DNA of 64,000 bases from a bacterium (lineage in GTDB: Bacteria; SZUA-182; DTGQ01; JAFGSM01), in NCBI GenBank assembly GCA_049472315.1, contig JBLIRN010000001.1, forward strand, positions 96,001-160,000, read 5' to 3'. The notes below the pieces were generated by a model. That model worked only from the letters and a program-made list of their open reading frames with translations. It ran no database searches and was not told the DNA's origin. Below, piece after piece: positions 47,652 to 57,594 of this stretch (the stretch's first letter is position 1; every line of letters begins with the position of its first letter). The translations under genes and the position numbers were made by a program.

Positions 47652-49856
47652 CTACATGAGCGGCGGCAGGTTGAGGGCTGGATGGTTGACCTTTTGCATG
47701 TACTCCATGACCTCTTCCTCGGTGGTTGCCACATCCTCGTCGGCGATCACGGTGAAAAAGTCGATCCCCAGTTCCTTGCCCCTTCTCTCCAGTATCGGCC
47801 TGATCTCCTCCTTCAGTATCTTCGGCATCCAGGCAATCCTGACCAGCCCGCCTTCGGATGATATGAACTTCTTGCTCCCGATGTAGTGTTTGCTGTGCCC
47901 CACGAACCCGGGGGTCTGCAGACCTCCCCCCACCGATCCGGCGAGGGTCGAGAACTTCATTCCCACCGGGGTCATGCCGGCGAACTCCCTGTTGACCGTC
48001 ATGACCGCATTGGCCACCGGGAGGACACCGGAGATACACTCGAAGCACCCGCAGGACGTCATGGGATCCTCCATGATGCTGTAGGCATTGAATCGCTCAA
48101 GGCTGCCCCGGGAGGCGTTCACGATGAACTCATTGACCCCCTTCCACTGCCCCTTTTCGCTGTCGATGGTATCCCCTCTCTTGATGGGCTGGTTGGGGCC
48201 CGTGGGATCGATCTGGTGGGCCGCCTTTCCGTCCAGCCAGTTGTAGGCGCCGCACAGGCCGCTTCGTTCCGGGGTGATCACACACACATGATTGGGAGCG
48301 AAGGATTGGCACAGGGTGCAGGAATAATAGGTATCGGTGGATTCATCCGTCATGGCGCTTATACGATCATCCCTGAAATGATATGTCTTTTTCGCCTCGT
48401 CCTTGAGCCTGAGCACATCCTCCTCATTGGTATAGATGGTGACCTGCACCTTGTCCAGGATCGCTGCATAATCGTTGTGCAGCTTTGCATGGATGAAGGA
48501 CCCGATGTGGTGGAGCTTGAACCCCTTTTTGTGCGCATCCTTGCTGATCCTCACCCAGATGATATCCCGCTGTCCCATGTGGAACACCCCCTGGGCCTCG
48601 TTGAAGAGCTTGTGAATCTGCCGCTCCAGAATGGGCTCGAAGTCCTGCTGCATCTTCCTGCCCGCCACATCCACCACCACTGCAAGGGGTATCTGGGCAC
48701 CCTCCTTCACGTCGTCGATCTCAGGGCCGACCACCTCGATCTTACCGTCCTCCACCTCATCCATATCCTTCATGCGCAGGTACTCGAAGGCAGGGGTCTT
48801 CGTGCCTCCCATCTCCACGTAGGTGTCCTCCTTGCGGACCCGCTCCCCTTCGAATGCCGGTCCGTACGCCACGGGAACCGGCACCTTGGCGATGGTGATC
48901 TTGAGCCCCCGCACCTGGATGGCCCGTGCGACCATCTGGTCATGAGGAATATTGGAGACCACGTGTTCGTAGGTACATACGCCGGTAGGGAGGATCTCCG
49001 GGATCGGGGTGTCGGCGATGGTGGGAAATCCATAGTTGATGGCCCCTGCGGCCTGGGCGTACTTCTCGTCATCCACCTCGCCCAGGGCAAGGACAAAGGC
49101 GAATATACGGTCCTTGTTGTAGTGCAGGATCTTTGTGAAATCACCTCCCTTGGCGCCGCCAAAGGACATGGCCGCCCGGGTGGCAAACCCGATGGCGAAC
49201 ACGGCCGCCGTGATATCCTTGCCGAAGGGCACCAGCCTGGTCTCCCACCCCATCTGCACGCCCTCTTCCCGCAACTGCTCCGCCATATTCTTTCCATCCG
49301 TTTCCCCGGCCATGAACACGTACAGATTCTTCTCCTGGAGCTCCCGGGCGATCTTCACCGCAATCTCGTTGGTGGGCGCGGCACCCACGCAGGCGGCAAA
49401 CCCCGGGGCCGACCCGTCCACGAATTCGATACCGCGTTTGCGCATGATGATGTCGTCCGCGGCACCCAGCCATATGGGACCCTCTTCGGGACAGTTTTCC
49501 GTGATGGAGTACGGCGCGGGATTGTGGAGATACTTGATGCTCTCGATGATCTCGTCGGAGAACAGGGTGGCCATTCCCGCGTCCAGGGTGTGGCCCAGAT
49601 AGGGAAGCCAGAGGGACTTGGATGGCACCGGTGGAAGGAGCCCCTTGATCCGCTCCATGACCTGCTCCATATCCCCCAGTTTTTCCACCTTGATCCCGAG
49701 AATGCCATAGATAACCGGCAGGTAATATCCGGTATTGGGGAATTCCACCTTCTTGTCCTTACCGAATTCCTTGATAGCCCCCGCGAGGGCCTTTTCCGCC
49801 CGTTCGGCAATCGTATGCGCGCCCCTGATGGCGGCACTGGCAATTATCTTTGACAT
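47652..49856 (-). CDS. acsB: Acetyl-CoA synthase
   Basis: FPNTGYYLP, CTLCQSFAPNHVC, GLCGA, PMTSCGCFE. Confidence 0.96.
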   Translation of the reverse strand: MSKIIASAAIRGAHTIAERAEKALAGAIKEFGKDKKVEFPNTGYYLPVIYGILGIKVEKLGDMEQVMERIKGLLPPVPSKSLWLPYLGHTLDAGMATLFSDEIIESIKYLHNPAPYSITENCPEEGPIWLGAADDIIMRKRGIEFVDGSAPGFAACVGAAPTNEIAVKIARELQEKNLYVFMAGETDGKNMAEQLREEGVQMGWETRLVPFGKDITAAVFAIGFATRAAMSFGGAKGGDFTKILHYNKDRIFAFVLALGEVDDEKYAQAAGAINYGFPTIADTPIPEILPTGVCTYEHVVSNIPHDQMVARAIQVRGLKITIAKVPVPVAYGPAFEGERVRKEDTYVEMGGTKTPAFEYLRMKDMDEVEDGKIEVVGPEIDDVKEGAQIPLAVVVDVAGRKMQQDFEPILERQIHKLFNEAQGVFHMGQRDIIWVRISKDAHKKGFKLHHIGSFIHAKLHNDYAAILDKVQVTIYTNEEDVLRLKDEAKKTYHFRDDRISAMTDESTDTYYSCTLCQSFAPNHVCVITPERSGLCGAYNWLDGKAAHQIDPTGPNQPIKRGDTIDSEKGQWKGVNEFIVNASRGSLERFNAYSIMEDPMTSCGCFECISGVLPVANAVMTVNREFAGMTPVGMKFSTLAGSVGGGLQTPGFVGHSKHYIGSKKFISSEGGLVRIAWMPKILKEEIRPILERRGKELGIDFFTVIADEDVATTEEEVMEYMQKVNHPALNLPPLM

Positions 49857-51781
49857 TTTTCCAGTTCCCTCCTCATAGCCATGTCATACAAGACCCTCTC
49901 CCGCTTTTGCTGGATCCCAAGGGCTTCTCTCTTCTTGTTGATGTGATCGATCATCAGTTGGGCCATCTTGTACGGATCCGTTTCAACCGCCCAATTGCCC
50001 CCCAATTCCTTTCCCAATTCATTGAAGAGGTAGTTGCTGAATTCCCTGCTCCCCATGACCGGGAGCCCCACGCCGAATACCGTGAAAACGCCGCTTGCCA
50101 CGAAGTAGTGGCCGATGGAGATGGCCTTCTCGCTCATCCACTCCGGTGCGGCACCGGCAACGGGAAGATCGCTGATGTCCTTGCCCAGCCCTCCCTCGGC
50201 AACCATGTGGCAGGCAGCCACCAGGATACGGCTGTTGTCCACGCAGGACCCGCTGTGGAGCACGGGAGGCATTCCCACCGCCTCGCATACCTCACGAAGT
50301 CCCGGACCTGCATACTTAATGGCCTCTGGGATTAAAAGCCCTTCCTTGCCGCAGGCGATCGCGCTGCAGCCGGTCTGGACCACCAGCACATTGTTCTTGA
50401 TAAGCTCCTTCACCACCGTGGTGTGGATGCTGTCATGGCATGACTTGGGATTGTTGCACCCGACCACGCCCGCCACCCCGAGGATCCTTCCGTCGATGAT
50501 GGCATCGTTCAGCGGTCGGTACGAGGAGCGGAACATGCCGCCCAGCATGTAGTTGATGGTCTCGTGACTGAATCCCACCACCACGTCCATGGTCTCCTTC
50601 GGGATATTGACCTCGCCGCGGTTCTGGTAGTTCTCGATGGCCACGTTGACGATCTCCTTTGCGGTGTTGATGGGATCGTGCTCGTCGAACTCAAGGTGCA
50701 TTGCACCGGGCATCTTGGCCTTTTCCGTGGTGGTGATGATCTTTGTATGGAAACATTGCGCCACCTCTGGCAGGGACTGCATGATGCACTGGATATCCAC
50801 GATCATTGCATCCACCGCGCCGGTCATGATGGCGAGCTCCTGCTGGAGGAAATTGCCTGCCACGGGAATACCGTGACGCAACAGGATCTCATTGGCGGTA
50901 CAGCAGATCCCGGCGATATTGATCCCCTTGGCGCCCTTTTCCTTGGCCTTCTTCACCATCTCGTTATCCTGGGCCACCTTCACGATCATCTCGGAAAGCA
51001 GCGGCTCATGCCCGTGGACGATGATATTGACCTCGTCCTTTTTCAATACCCCGAGGTTGGTCTTTGCCCTGACCGGGATCGGGGTGCCGAACATGACGTC
51101 CTGCAGTTCGGTGGCGATCATGGACCCGCCCCAGCCGTCGCCGAGGGCCGCCCTGCTCCCCTGTTTCATCAGGTTCCTGTATTCCTGGTCAACACCCATG
51201 TGGGTGCGGTGCATAATCTCTACAATCTCCCGGTCGATGCCCCGGGGGGCGACACCCAGGCTTTTCCAGAGCTCCTGCCTGGCCTGAGGCGCCCTCTTCA
51301 AAAAGGGCAGGGCACCCTCTTGCCTGCCGAACTCCGCCAGGCATATCTTTCCGACCTCCTCGGCAATCTGATTCTTGTTTTTCCCCTCCGTTTGTACCCC
51401 GAGTTCCTCCGCAAGTGCCATCAGCTTTCTGACGTCCTTGATCTCATAGCCGGGGATTTCGCCGCGGGCGGTGGCCAGGAATGCCTGGGCCACACCCCGG
51501 CCGTGGTCGGAGTGGGCTGCGGCTCCCGCCGCGATCATGCGTATGAAATTGCGCGCAACGATGGTTTCTGCGGTCGCCCCGCACACACCCCGCTGGGCAC
51601 CTTCACCAAATGGATCTATCCGGCAGGGCCCCATAAAACAGTTCCGGCAGCAGATACCGAGCTCCCCGAAACCGCAGGGGGGTGACTGTTCATCCTGCCT
51701 TGTCCACGCCGTTTTCACCCTTTGTTCGGCGGCCTTGACTATCATAGAACAACTGGCAGCATCGACGCTCTTCTTATCCAT
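49844..51781 (-). CDS. acsA: Anaerobic carbon monoxide dehydrogenase catalytic subunit (AcsA/CooS)
   Basis: CCRNCFMGPC, AAAHSDH, HGHEP, CCTANE, GCNN, GSCVD, EWMSEKA. Confidence 0.96.
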   Translation of the reverse strand: MDKKSVDAASCSMIVKAAEQRVKTAWTRQDEQSPPCGFGELGICCRNCFMGPCRIDPFGEGAQRGVCGATAETIVARNFIRMIAAGAAAHSDHGRGVAQAFLATARGEIPGYEIKDVRKLMALAEELGVQTEGKNKNQIAEEVGKICLAEFGRQEGALPFLKRAPQARQELWKSLGVAPRGIDREIVEIMHRTHMGVDQEYRNLMKQGSRAALGDGWGGSMIATELQDVMFGTPIPVRAKTNLGVLKKDEVNIIVHGHEPLLSEMIVKVAQDNEMVKKAKEKGAKGINIAGICCTANEILLRHGIPVAGNFLQQELAIMTGAVDAMIVDIQCIMQSLPEVAQCFHTKIITTTEKAKMPGAMHLEFDEHDPINTAKEIVNVAIENYQNRGEVNIPKETMDVVVGFSHETINYMLGGMFRSSYRPLNDAIIDGRILGVAGVVGCNNPKSCHDSIHTTVVKELIKNNVLVVQTGCSAIACGKEGLLIPEAIKYAGPGLREVCEAVGMPPVLHSGSCVDNSRILVAACHMVAEGGLGKDISDLPVAGAAPEWMSEKAISIGHYFVASGVFTVFGVGLPVMGSREFSNYLFNELGKELGGNWAVETDPYKMAQLMIDHINKKREALGIQQKRERVLYDMAMRRELEKCQR

Positions 51782-51838
51782 GAGCTCCTCCTCGAAACCT
51801 CCTTGTATTGAAAGACAGATTACGTTTGTTTCCCTGTT

Positions 51839-54800
51839 TCAGACGCCTTTCATCTCCCCTTTTCTGAATATGCACGCGCCTATTTCAGCCTGCAAAAAAT
51901 CCTCGATCTCATCCGTTTCCCAGCCGGATGGGGTGCGCGTCGTGCCCCCTGTTTCCAGGGAGATACACTCGTCCGGCACTTCCCTGCAGGATATAACCGG
52001 CGACTCGCTCAGCTCTTGAGCGGCATCCTCGATCCTTGCGTATGGTAAGGGAACGCCCATGGCCTCGGCCAGCCTGATAATCAGCGCCCCGTTTTCCATC
52101 CCCGAGGGAGGGGAACCCACCGGCGTGAGTTTCTGCATGCGGCCCTCGGCATTGACAAACCTTCCTGATGATTCAAACGGCAGGCTTGCGGGAAGAAAGA
52201 TGTCGGGCTGATACCCGTTCCTTCCCCTGAACACCGCTGATTGCACAACCATCAGCCCCGGAAAGGCCTGTTTGATCCGCTCAAGCCCCTTCCAGTGTCC
52301 AAAGGCCAAAAGCCCGGTTATTATACCATCTTTTATACATTTCTCCAAACGCTCCAGGGGAGCGGGTTCCGCCCCCCTGCCATCACCGGCAAAAAGGGAG
52401 AGGGGGAGGAACCGAAGATTTCCCCAGATCCCTTCAAAAAGCCAGGAAAGCTGGGCATCGGATACCATCGATGCATTCACCACGACCACCGGCTGCCGTG
52501 CATTCAGAAGATTCCTGAGCAGTTCCGTCGGCATACCCTTGCGAACCGATTGATCCAGAATATCCCGGTCCTTGGCCCCGAGGGAGGGAATCTTCCTGCC
52601 CCCTTTCGTGGGTACCGCCTGGATGAGGCCATTCTCCACCCCGCATGCGCTGAGAAGGGAAAGCAGGGTGCCCAGCATATCACAATCAGCCTCAAGCCAT
52701 ACGGAAGCCCGATCCGTGAGCCTGCTCGATTCCGTACCGATGATCGCCAATCCGGCCCCGTGCCGAACCGCATCCTTGATCATGTATGAGGCAAGGGGAA
52801 AGTCCTGCACGATCCGGGAGCCCAGACAGAGGATGAAATCGCTCTCCTGCACCATCCGGTAATCGGCGCCCCTTCCGTGCGACAGCAGTCCGGACCTTTT
52901 CCCTCGTACGCCGGGCATATATAGTTCACCGATAGCGCATCCCGCGGCCAGATGGCGGATCAGGATGGAATCCTCGAGGGCCAGCCTCGGGGAGGCGATG
53001 ATGGCAAGGGCCTGTGTCGATGCCTTCTCCTTCAGTGACTTGCCTGCAGCGGCAATCGCCTCATCCCAGCCCAGGCGGGTCTCCCGGCCATCCTGCAATC
53101 TGAACGGCCCCCGCTGTCGCAGGGGTGAGTGGACCATCTCCCCGCCGAAGGTCCCCCGCCAGCAAAGCCTCCCCTGATTGATGCCCCCGTCCGGGCGAGG
53201 AGACACCTCCAGGCAGTGCCCTGCCCGTGTCTTCACCACTATTTCGCACCCCATGCCGCAGAGCGTGCAAATCGTCTCTGTCTGCCGTGGCAGCCAGGGA
53301 CCAGGCTTGGGAAGCCGCGGACGGTACTCCAGGGCGCCGGTCGGGCACGTGGACAAACACAGGCCGCAGGAATCGCAGGAGCTCTCCTGCAGGGGAAGAT
53401 CGAGCGGCGGGTCGATGATGGTCTGGAACCCCCGGTTCACGAACCCATATGCGGAGGCGCCTTCCACTTCTGCGCACATCCTCACACAGAGCCCGCACCG
53501 GATGCACTTGTTCCGGTCCCTGACGATGAGGGGATGTTCCTCCCTCGCCTGATAGCGATTGTACCGGCCCTTCATGACCTCCGGATGGGCAAGGCCGTAT
53601 TCCGAGGCATATTCCCTGAGCTTGCAATCGAATACCGCCTCACACCCGCAGCTCAGGCATCGGCCCGCCTCCTGTATGGCCATCTCCTCGGTGAGGCCGC
53701 GCTCGACCTCCTCGAATCCCTTCAGCCGCTTTTGTACGGGAAGGGAGGGCATTTCCGCCCTGGGGATCTTCTCATATGCCTCAAACGGTGCGGTATCGAT
53801 GGTGTCCAGGTCTCCCTTGGAATGATTGTATGGCCCGCGTTCTTCAGCCGTTGCCGAGGCTTTCCGGAGATAGCCGTCGATGGCGGCGGCGGCATGCCTT
53901 CCGCCTGCAATGGCCTCGATGACGGTGGCCGGGCCGAGCACGCAATCCCCTGCCGCGAATACCCCGGGAAGGGAGGTCTCCGCGGTCTTTTCGTCGATCG
54001 CCACGGTCCCCCGACGGGTAAGTTCAATCCCCATATCTTTCAGGGTATCCTGATCCCCCATGAACTGGCCGATGGCGGCAATGACCATGTCGGTCTCGAA
54101 TGCGTATTCGGAGCCCTCCACCGGCACCGGACGCCGTCGTCCGCTCGCGTCCGGCTCCCCGAGCTCCATCTGTATGCAGCACGCGGAGCAGACCTTCCCT
54201 CCGCTCCCTGTAACCTGGACAGGGGCGGAGAGGAAATGGATCTGCACCCCTTCGTGCTCCGCCTCCTTGATCTCCTCCTCGTTCGCGGGCATCTCCTCCC
54301 TGGAACGCCGATAGATGAGGTGCACCTCCTGGGCGCCCAGCCTGAGGCAACTGCGGGCTGCATCGATTGCGGTGTTCCCGCCGCCGATAACGCTTACCTT
54401 CTTACCCACCCGGACCTTCTCACCCGAGGCAATCCGGTAGAGAAATCCGATGCCCGATTCCACCCCGGCCAGACACTCCCCCTCGCACCCGAGCTTACGC
54501 TCCGCCCATGCGCCGATTGCAAGAAGGATGGCATTGAAACCCTTCTCACGAAGTGCCTGGATATCCATGTCCCTTCCCAGCCTGACGCCGTATTCGATGC
54601 CCACCCCCATCCCGAGGATGAGGTCGAGTTCCCTGTCCATCTCCCTTTTGGGCAGACGGTACTCGGGGATGCCGTAGCGGAGCATGCCACCCGGCTTCGG
54701 ATTCGCCTCGAATATGGTGGCCTGATGGCCTTGCAGCCTGAGAAAATGGGCGGCGGCCAGGCCCGCAGGGCCCGCACCGATGATTGCCACCCGGAAACCG

Positions 54801-55372
54801 GTATCCGGGCCGACCGATGACGAGGGGTCGATCCCCTCATACCCGTGCTCACTGGAGAACCGCTTCAGAAAATTGATCCCTACCGGCTCATCCACCAGGT
54901 TCCGGCGGCACTCCTTCTCACAGAATCTGGGGCATACCCTGCCCACGCACAGGGGCAGGGGATTGACCTCCCTGATCAGCTCAAGTGCCTCCCGGTATCG
55001 TCCCAGGGCGATCAACGCAAGGTATCCCTGGATGTCGATATGGTCGGGGCAGGCCTGCTGGCAGGGTGCAATACAGTCCCCGTAATGGTCCGAAAGCAAC
55101 AGATCCAGGCAGGTCTTCCGCGCGCTCACCACCCGTTCGCTGCGGGTGAACACCTCCATTCCCTCCGCCACCTTGGCGGTGCAGGAGGGTACAAGCCGCG
55201 GAAACCCTTTCACCTCCACGGTGCACAGCCAGCAGGACGTGAAGGGATCCAGCCGGGGATCAAAGCACAGGTGGGGGATATCGATCCCGTTTGCCCGTGC
55301 CGCCTGAAAGATGGTCTGGCCCTCCGGGGCCTCGATATGTTGGTTGTCTATCTTCAATCTGACCGTTTTCAT
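51839..55372 (-). CDS. StnC/NfnA(Bfu)-like large subunit: [2Fe-2S], GltD-like FAD domain, 2x[4Fe-4S], degenerate molybdopterin-fold domain
   Basis: IPHLC..CWLC; GRVCPRFCE, GAGPAG, YGIPEYRL, GGGNTA, YRRSR; CIRCGLC, CDSCGLC, CTLCGMGC; no Mo-ligand Cys/Sec. Confidence 0.85.
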   Translation of the reverse strand: MKTVRLKIDNQHIEAPEGQTIFQAARANGIDIPHLCFDPRLDPFTSCWLCTVEVKGFPRLVPSCTAKVAEGMEVFTRSERVVSARKTCLDLLLSDHYGDCIAPCQQACPDHIDIQGYLALIALGRYREALELIREVNPLPLCVGRVCPRFCEKECRRNLVDEPVGINFLKRFSSEHGYEGIDPSSSVGPDTGFRVAIIGAGPAGLAAAHFLRLQGHQATIFEANPKPGGMLRYGIPEYRLPKREMDRELDLILGMGVGIEYGVRLGRDMDIQALREKGFNAILLAIGAWAERKLGCEGECLAGVESGIGFLYRIASGEKVRVGKKVSVIGGGNTAIDAARSCLRLGAQEVHLIYRRSREEMPANEEEIKEAEHEGVQIHFLSAPVQVTGSGGKVCSACCIQMELGEPDASGRRRPVPVEGSEYAFETDMVIAAIGQFMGDQDTLKDMGIELTRRGTVAIDEKTAETSLPGVFAAGDCVLGPATVIEAIAGGRHAAAAIDGYLRKASATAEERGPYNHSKGDLDTIDTAPFEAYEKIPRAEMPSLPVQKRLKGFEEVERGLTEEMAIQEAGRCLSCGCEAVFDCKLREYASEYGLAHPEVMKGRYNRYQAREEHPLIVRDRNKCIRCGLCVRMCAEVEGASAYGFVNRGFQTIIDPPLDLPLQESSCDSCGLCLSTCPTGALEYRPRLPKPGPWLPRQTETICTLCGMGCEIVVKTRAGHCLEVSPRPDGGINQGRLCWRGTFGGEMVHSPLRQRGPFRLQDGRETRLGWDEAIAAAGKSLKEKASTQALAIIASPRLALEDSILIRHLAAGCAIGELYMPGVRGKRSGLLSHGRGADYRMVQESDFILCLGSRIVQDFPLASYMIKDAVRHGAGLAIIGTESSRLTDRASVWLEADCDMLGTLLSLLSACGVENGLIQAVPTKGGRKIPSLGAKDRDILDQSVRKGMPTELLRNLLNARQPVVVVNASMVSDAQLSWLFEGIWGNLRFLPLSLFAGDGRGAEPAPLERLEKCIKDGIITGLLAFGHWKGLERIKQAFPGLMVVQSAVFRGRNGYQPDIFLPASLPFESSGRFVNAEGRMQKLTPVGSPPSGMENGALIIRLAEAMGVPLPYARIEDAAQELSESPVISCREVPDECISLETGGTTRTPSGWETDEIEDFLQAEIGACIFRKGEMKGV

Positions 55373-57153
55373 TCCTTTACAATCGCCTCGAATTTGCATC
55401 CGTCAAAACATGCACCACACTTTATGCACAGGTTGACATCAATGGTATGGGGCGCCTTCTTCGTACCTGAAATGGCGCCCGAAGGACAAAGCTTGATACA
55501 CCGGCCGCAACCGACGCAGGCATCCTCGATAATCCTGAAGGTGATAAGTGACTTGCACACCCCTGCAGGGCATCGCCGGTCACGAATGTGCGCCTCATAT
55601 TCGTCGCGGAAGTATTTAATGGTAGTGAGGACCGGATTGGGCGCGGTCTGACCGAGGCCGCACAGGGCGGAGTCCTTGATCTTGTATGCGAGGTCCTCAA
55701 GGGTCGTGAGGTCCTCCTCCCTTCCCTCACCCTTGGTGATCCGCTCCAGTATCTCGAGCATGCGGAGGGTGCCGATGCGGCAGAAGGTACACTTGCCGCA
55801 TGATTCGAGCTGGGTAAAGCTCAGGAAGAAGCGGGCCACATCCACCATGCAGCTCTCCTCGTCCATCACCACCATTCCCCCGGAGCCCATGATGGCACCC
55901 GTCCGGGTCACGGAATCATAGTCGATGGGGGTATCGAAGAGCCTTTCCGGGATGCATCCCCCGGACGGCCCCCCGAGCTGCACCGCCTTTATACGCTTGC
56001 CGGACGAGCTTCCTCCCCCCACCCTGGTGACCACCTCCCGTATGGTCATCCCCATGGGGACCTCGATCAATCCACCCCGTTTGATGCGGCCTGCAAGGGC
56101 AAAGACCTTCGTCCCCTTGCTCTTTTCAGTCCCGAGCGCTGCGTATTCCTGTGCCCCCTTTCGTATGATCCAGGGAATGCTTGCCAGGGTCTCCACGTTG
56201 TTGATACAGGTGGGTTTTCCCCACAGGCCTGACTGGGCCGGAAACGGGGGGCGGTAACGCGGCATTCCCCGCTTTCCCTCGATTGAGGCGATAAGCGCCG
56301 TTTCCTCGCCGCATACGAAGGCGCCGGCCCCCTCCTTGATGGTGATATGGAAGGAGAAATCGGTGCCCATGATCCGCTCTCCCAGAAACCCCTTGTCCGT
56401 GGACTGGGCAATGGCCGTCTTGAGGTGTCGAATGGCGAGGGGGTACTCCGCCCTGCAGTAGATATACCCGTGCGCTGCGCCGATGGCGTATCCGGCGATG
56501 GTGATCCCCTCCAGCACGCTGTGGGGGTCGCTCTCCAATACGCTGCGATCCATGAATGCGCCGGGGTCCCCCTCATCGGCGTTGCAGATCATATACTTGA
56601 CCGTGCCCGGACTCTTGGCTGTGAACTCCCACTTCAATCCGGTGGGGAACCCTCCGCCCCCTCTCCCCCTGAGACCGGATGCCTTGACCTCCTCGACGAC
56701 CTTTTCCCTGGTCATCCGGGTGAGTGCCTTGTCAAGCGCCTGGTAGGCGCCGTGGCCTATGGCATCCTCTATGGACTCCGGATCGATGATGCCGCAGCGG
56801 CTCAATACAATGCGCTGCTGCGAGGCGATAAAATCATTGTGCGCTGCATCGATGGCCTCGGCGAATGTCACCCATTCGGGAATCACCCTTCCCCTTTCAA
56901 GGTGTTCCTCCACCAGCCGTTCGAGCATCTCAGGGGTGACCTGGCCGTAGATGATCCTGCCGTGGTCCGGGTCGTCCAGTTCCACCAGCACCTCATGAAA
57001 GCACATGCCGTTGCACCCGGTTTTACCGATATGAAGGGGGATCCCCTTCTTCAACAGGAGATCCTGCAATGCATCATGAACCTTCTGGCCGCCTGCTGCA
57101 ATACCGCAGGAGCCGAGCCCGATCCGTATTCCCTGTATCCGTGACGTACTCAT
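55369..57153 (-). CDS. StnB/HydB-like FMN subunit with C-terminal 2x[4Fe-4S]
   Basis: NADEGDPGAFMDR, GGPSGG, CGKCTFCR, CVGCGRC..CP, CIKCGAC. Confidence 0.9.
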   Translation of the reverse strand: MSTSRIQGIRIGLGSCGIAAGGQKVHDALQDLLLKKGIPLHIGKTGCNGMCFHEVLVELDDPDHGRIIYGQVTPEMLERLVEEHLERGRVIPEWVTFAEAIDAAHNDFIASQQRIVLSRCGIIDPESIEDAIGHGAYQALDKALTRMTREKVVEEVKASGLRGRGGGGFPTGLKWEFTAKSPGTVKYMICNADEGDPGAFMDRSVLESDPHSVLEGITIAGYAIGAAHGYIYCRAEYPLAIRHLKTAIAQSTDKGFLGERIMGTDFSFHITIKEGAGAFVCGEETALIASIEGKRGMPRYRPPFPAQSGLWGKPTCINNVETLASIPWIIRKGAQEYAALGTEKSKGTKVFALAGRIKRGGLIEVPMGMTIREVVTRVGGGSSSGKRIKAVQLGGPSGGCIPERLFDTPIDYDSVTRTGAIMGSGGMVVMDEESCMVDVARFFLSFTQLESCGKCTFCRIGTLRMLEILERITKGEGREEDLTTLEDLAYKIKDSALCGLGQTAPNPVLTTIKYFRDEYEAHIRDRRCPAGVCKSLITFRIIEDACVGCGRCIKLCPSGAISGTKKAPHTIDVNLCIKCGACFDGCKFEAIVKE

Positions 57154-57593
57154 ATGCCTCTGACAATCTGTCTGGCCTTCTCCGGGCTCAGACGTCCATA
57201 GGTTTCACCGTTGATCATGATGCAGGGGGCCAGGCTGCAGCAGCCCAGGCATGCCACCCGCTCCAGGGTAAATTTGCCGTCCGGGGTGGTCTCCCCATGC
57301 CTGATCTTCAGTTCGTTCTCCAATGCCTCCGAAAGCCTCTCGCTGCCGCCCACATGGCAGGCTGTGCCATGACATACCTTAATGATGTATGCGCCGCTTG
57401 GCTTGAGCCGGAACTGGGAATAAAAGGTGACCACCCCGTATATGTCGCTCATGGGAATATCCAGACCCTGCGCGATGTCGCCCAGGGTTTCCGGGGAGAG
57501 GTATCCCAGCGCCTCCTGTGCCTTTTGAAGGACCGGAATGAGGCTCCCCGGCTTCTTCCCCGCCTCTTCGATGATCGACCGAAGGGAGGGCAT
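57150..57593 (-). CDS. StnA/HydC-like [2Fe-2S] subunit
   Basis: GVVTFYSQF, CHGTACHV, CLGCCSLAP. Confidence 0.9.
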   Translation of the reverse strand: MPSLRSIIEEAGKKPGSLIPVLQKAQEALGYLSPETLGDIAQGLDIPMSDIYGVVTFYSQFRLKPSGAYIIKVCHGTACHVGGSERLSEALENELKIRHGETTPDGKFTLERVACLGCCSLAPCIMINGETYGRLSPEKARQIVRGI

Positions 57594-57594
57594 C

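Noticed and set aside
47886..49853. Long antisense ORFs (e.g. 655 aa opposite acsB; also 44042-45598 and 53129-54820)
   Set aside because: Shadow ORFs of high-GC codon usage opposite well-supported genes
51839..55372. Second formate dehydrogenase or [FeFe]-hydrogenase
   Set aside because: No Cys/Sec Mo-ligand motif and no H-cluster motifs
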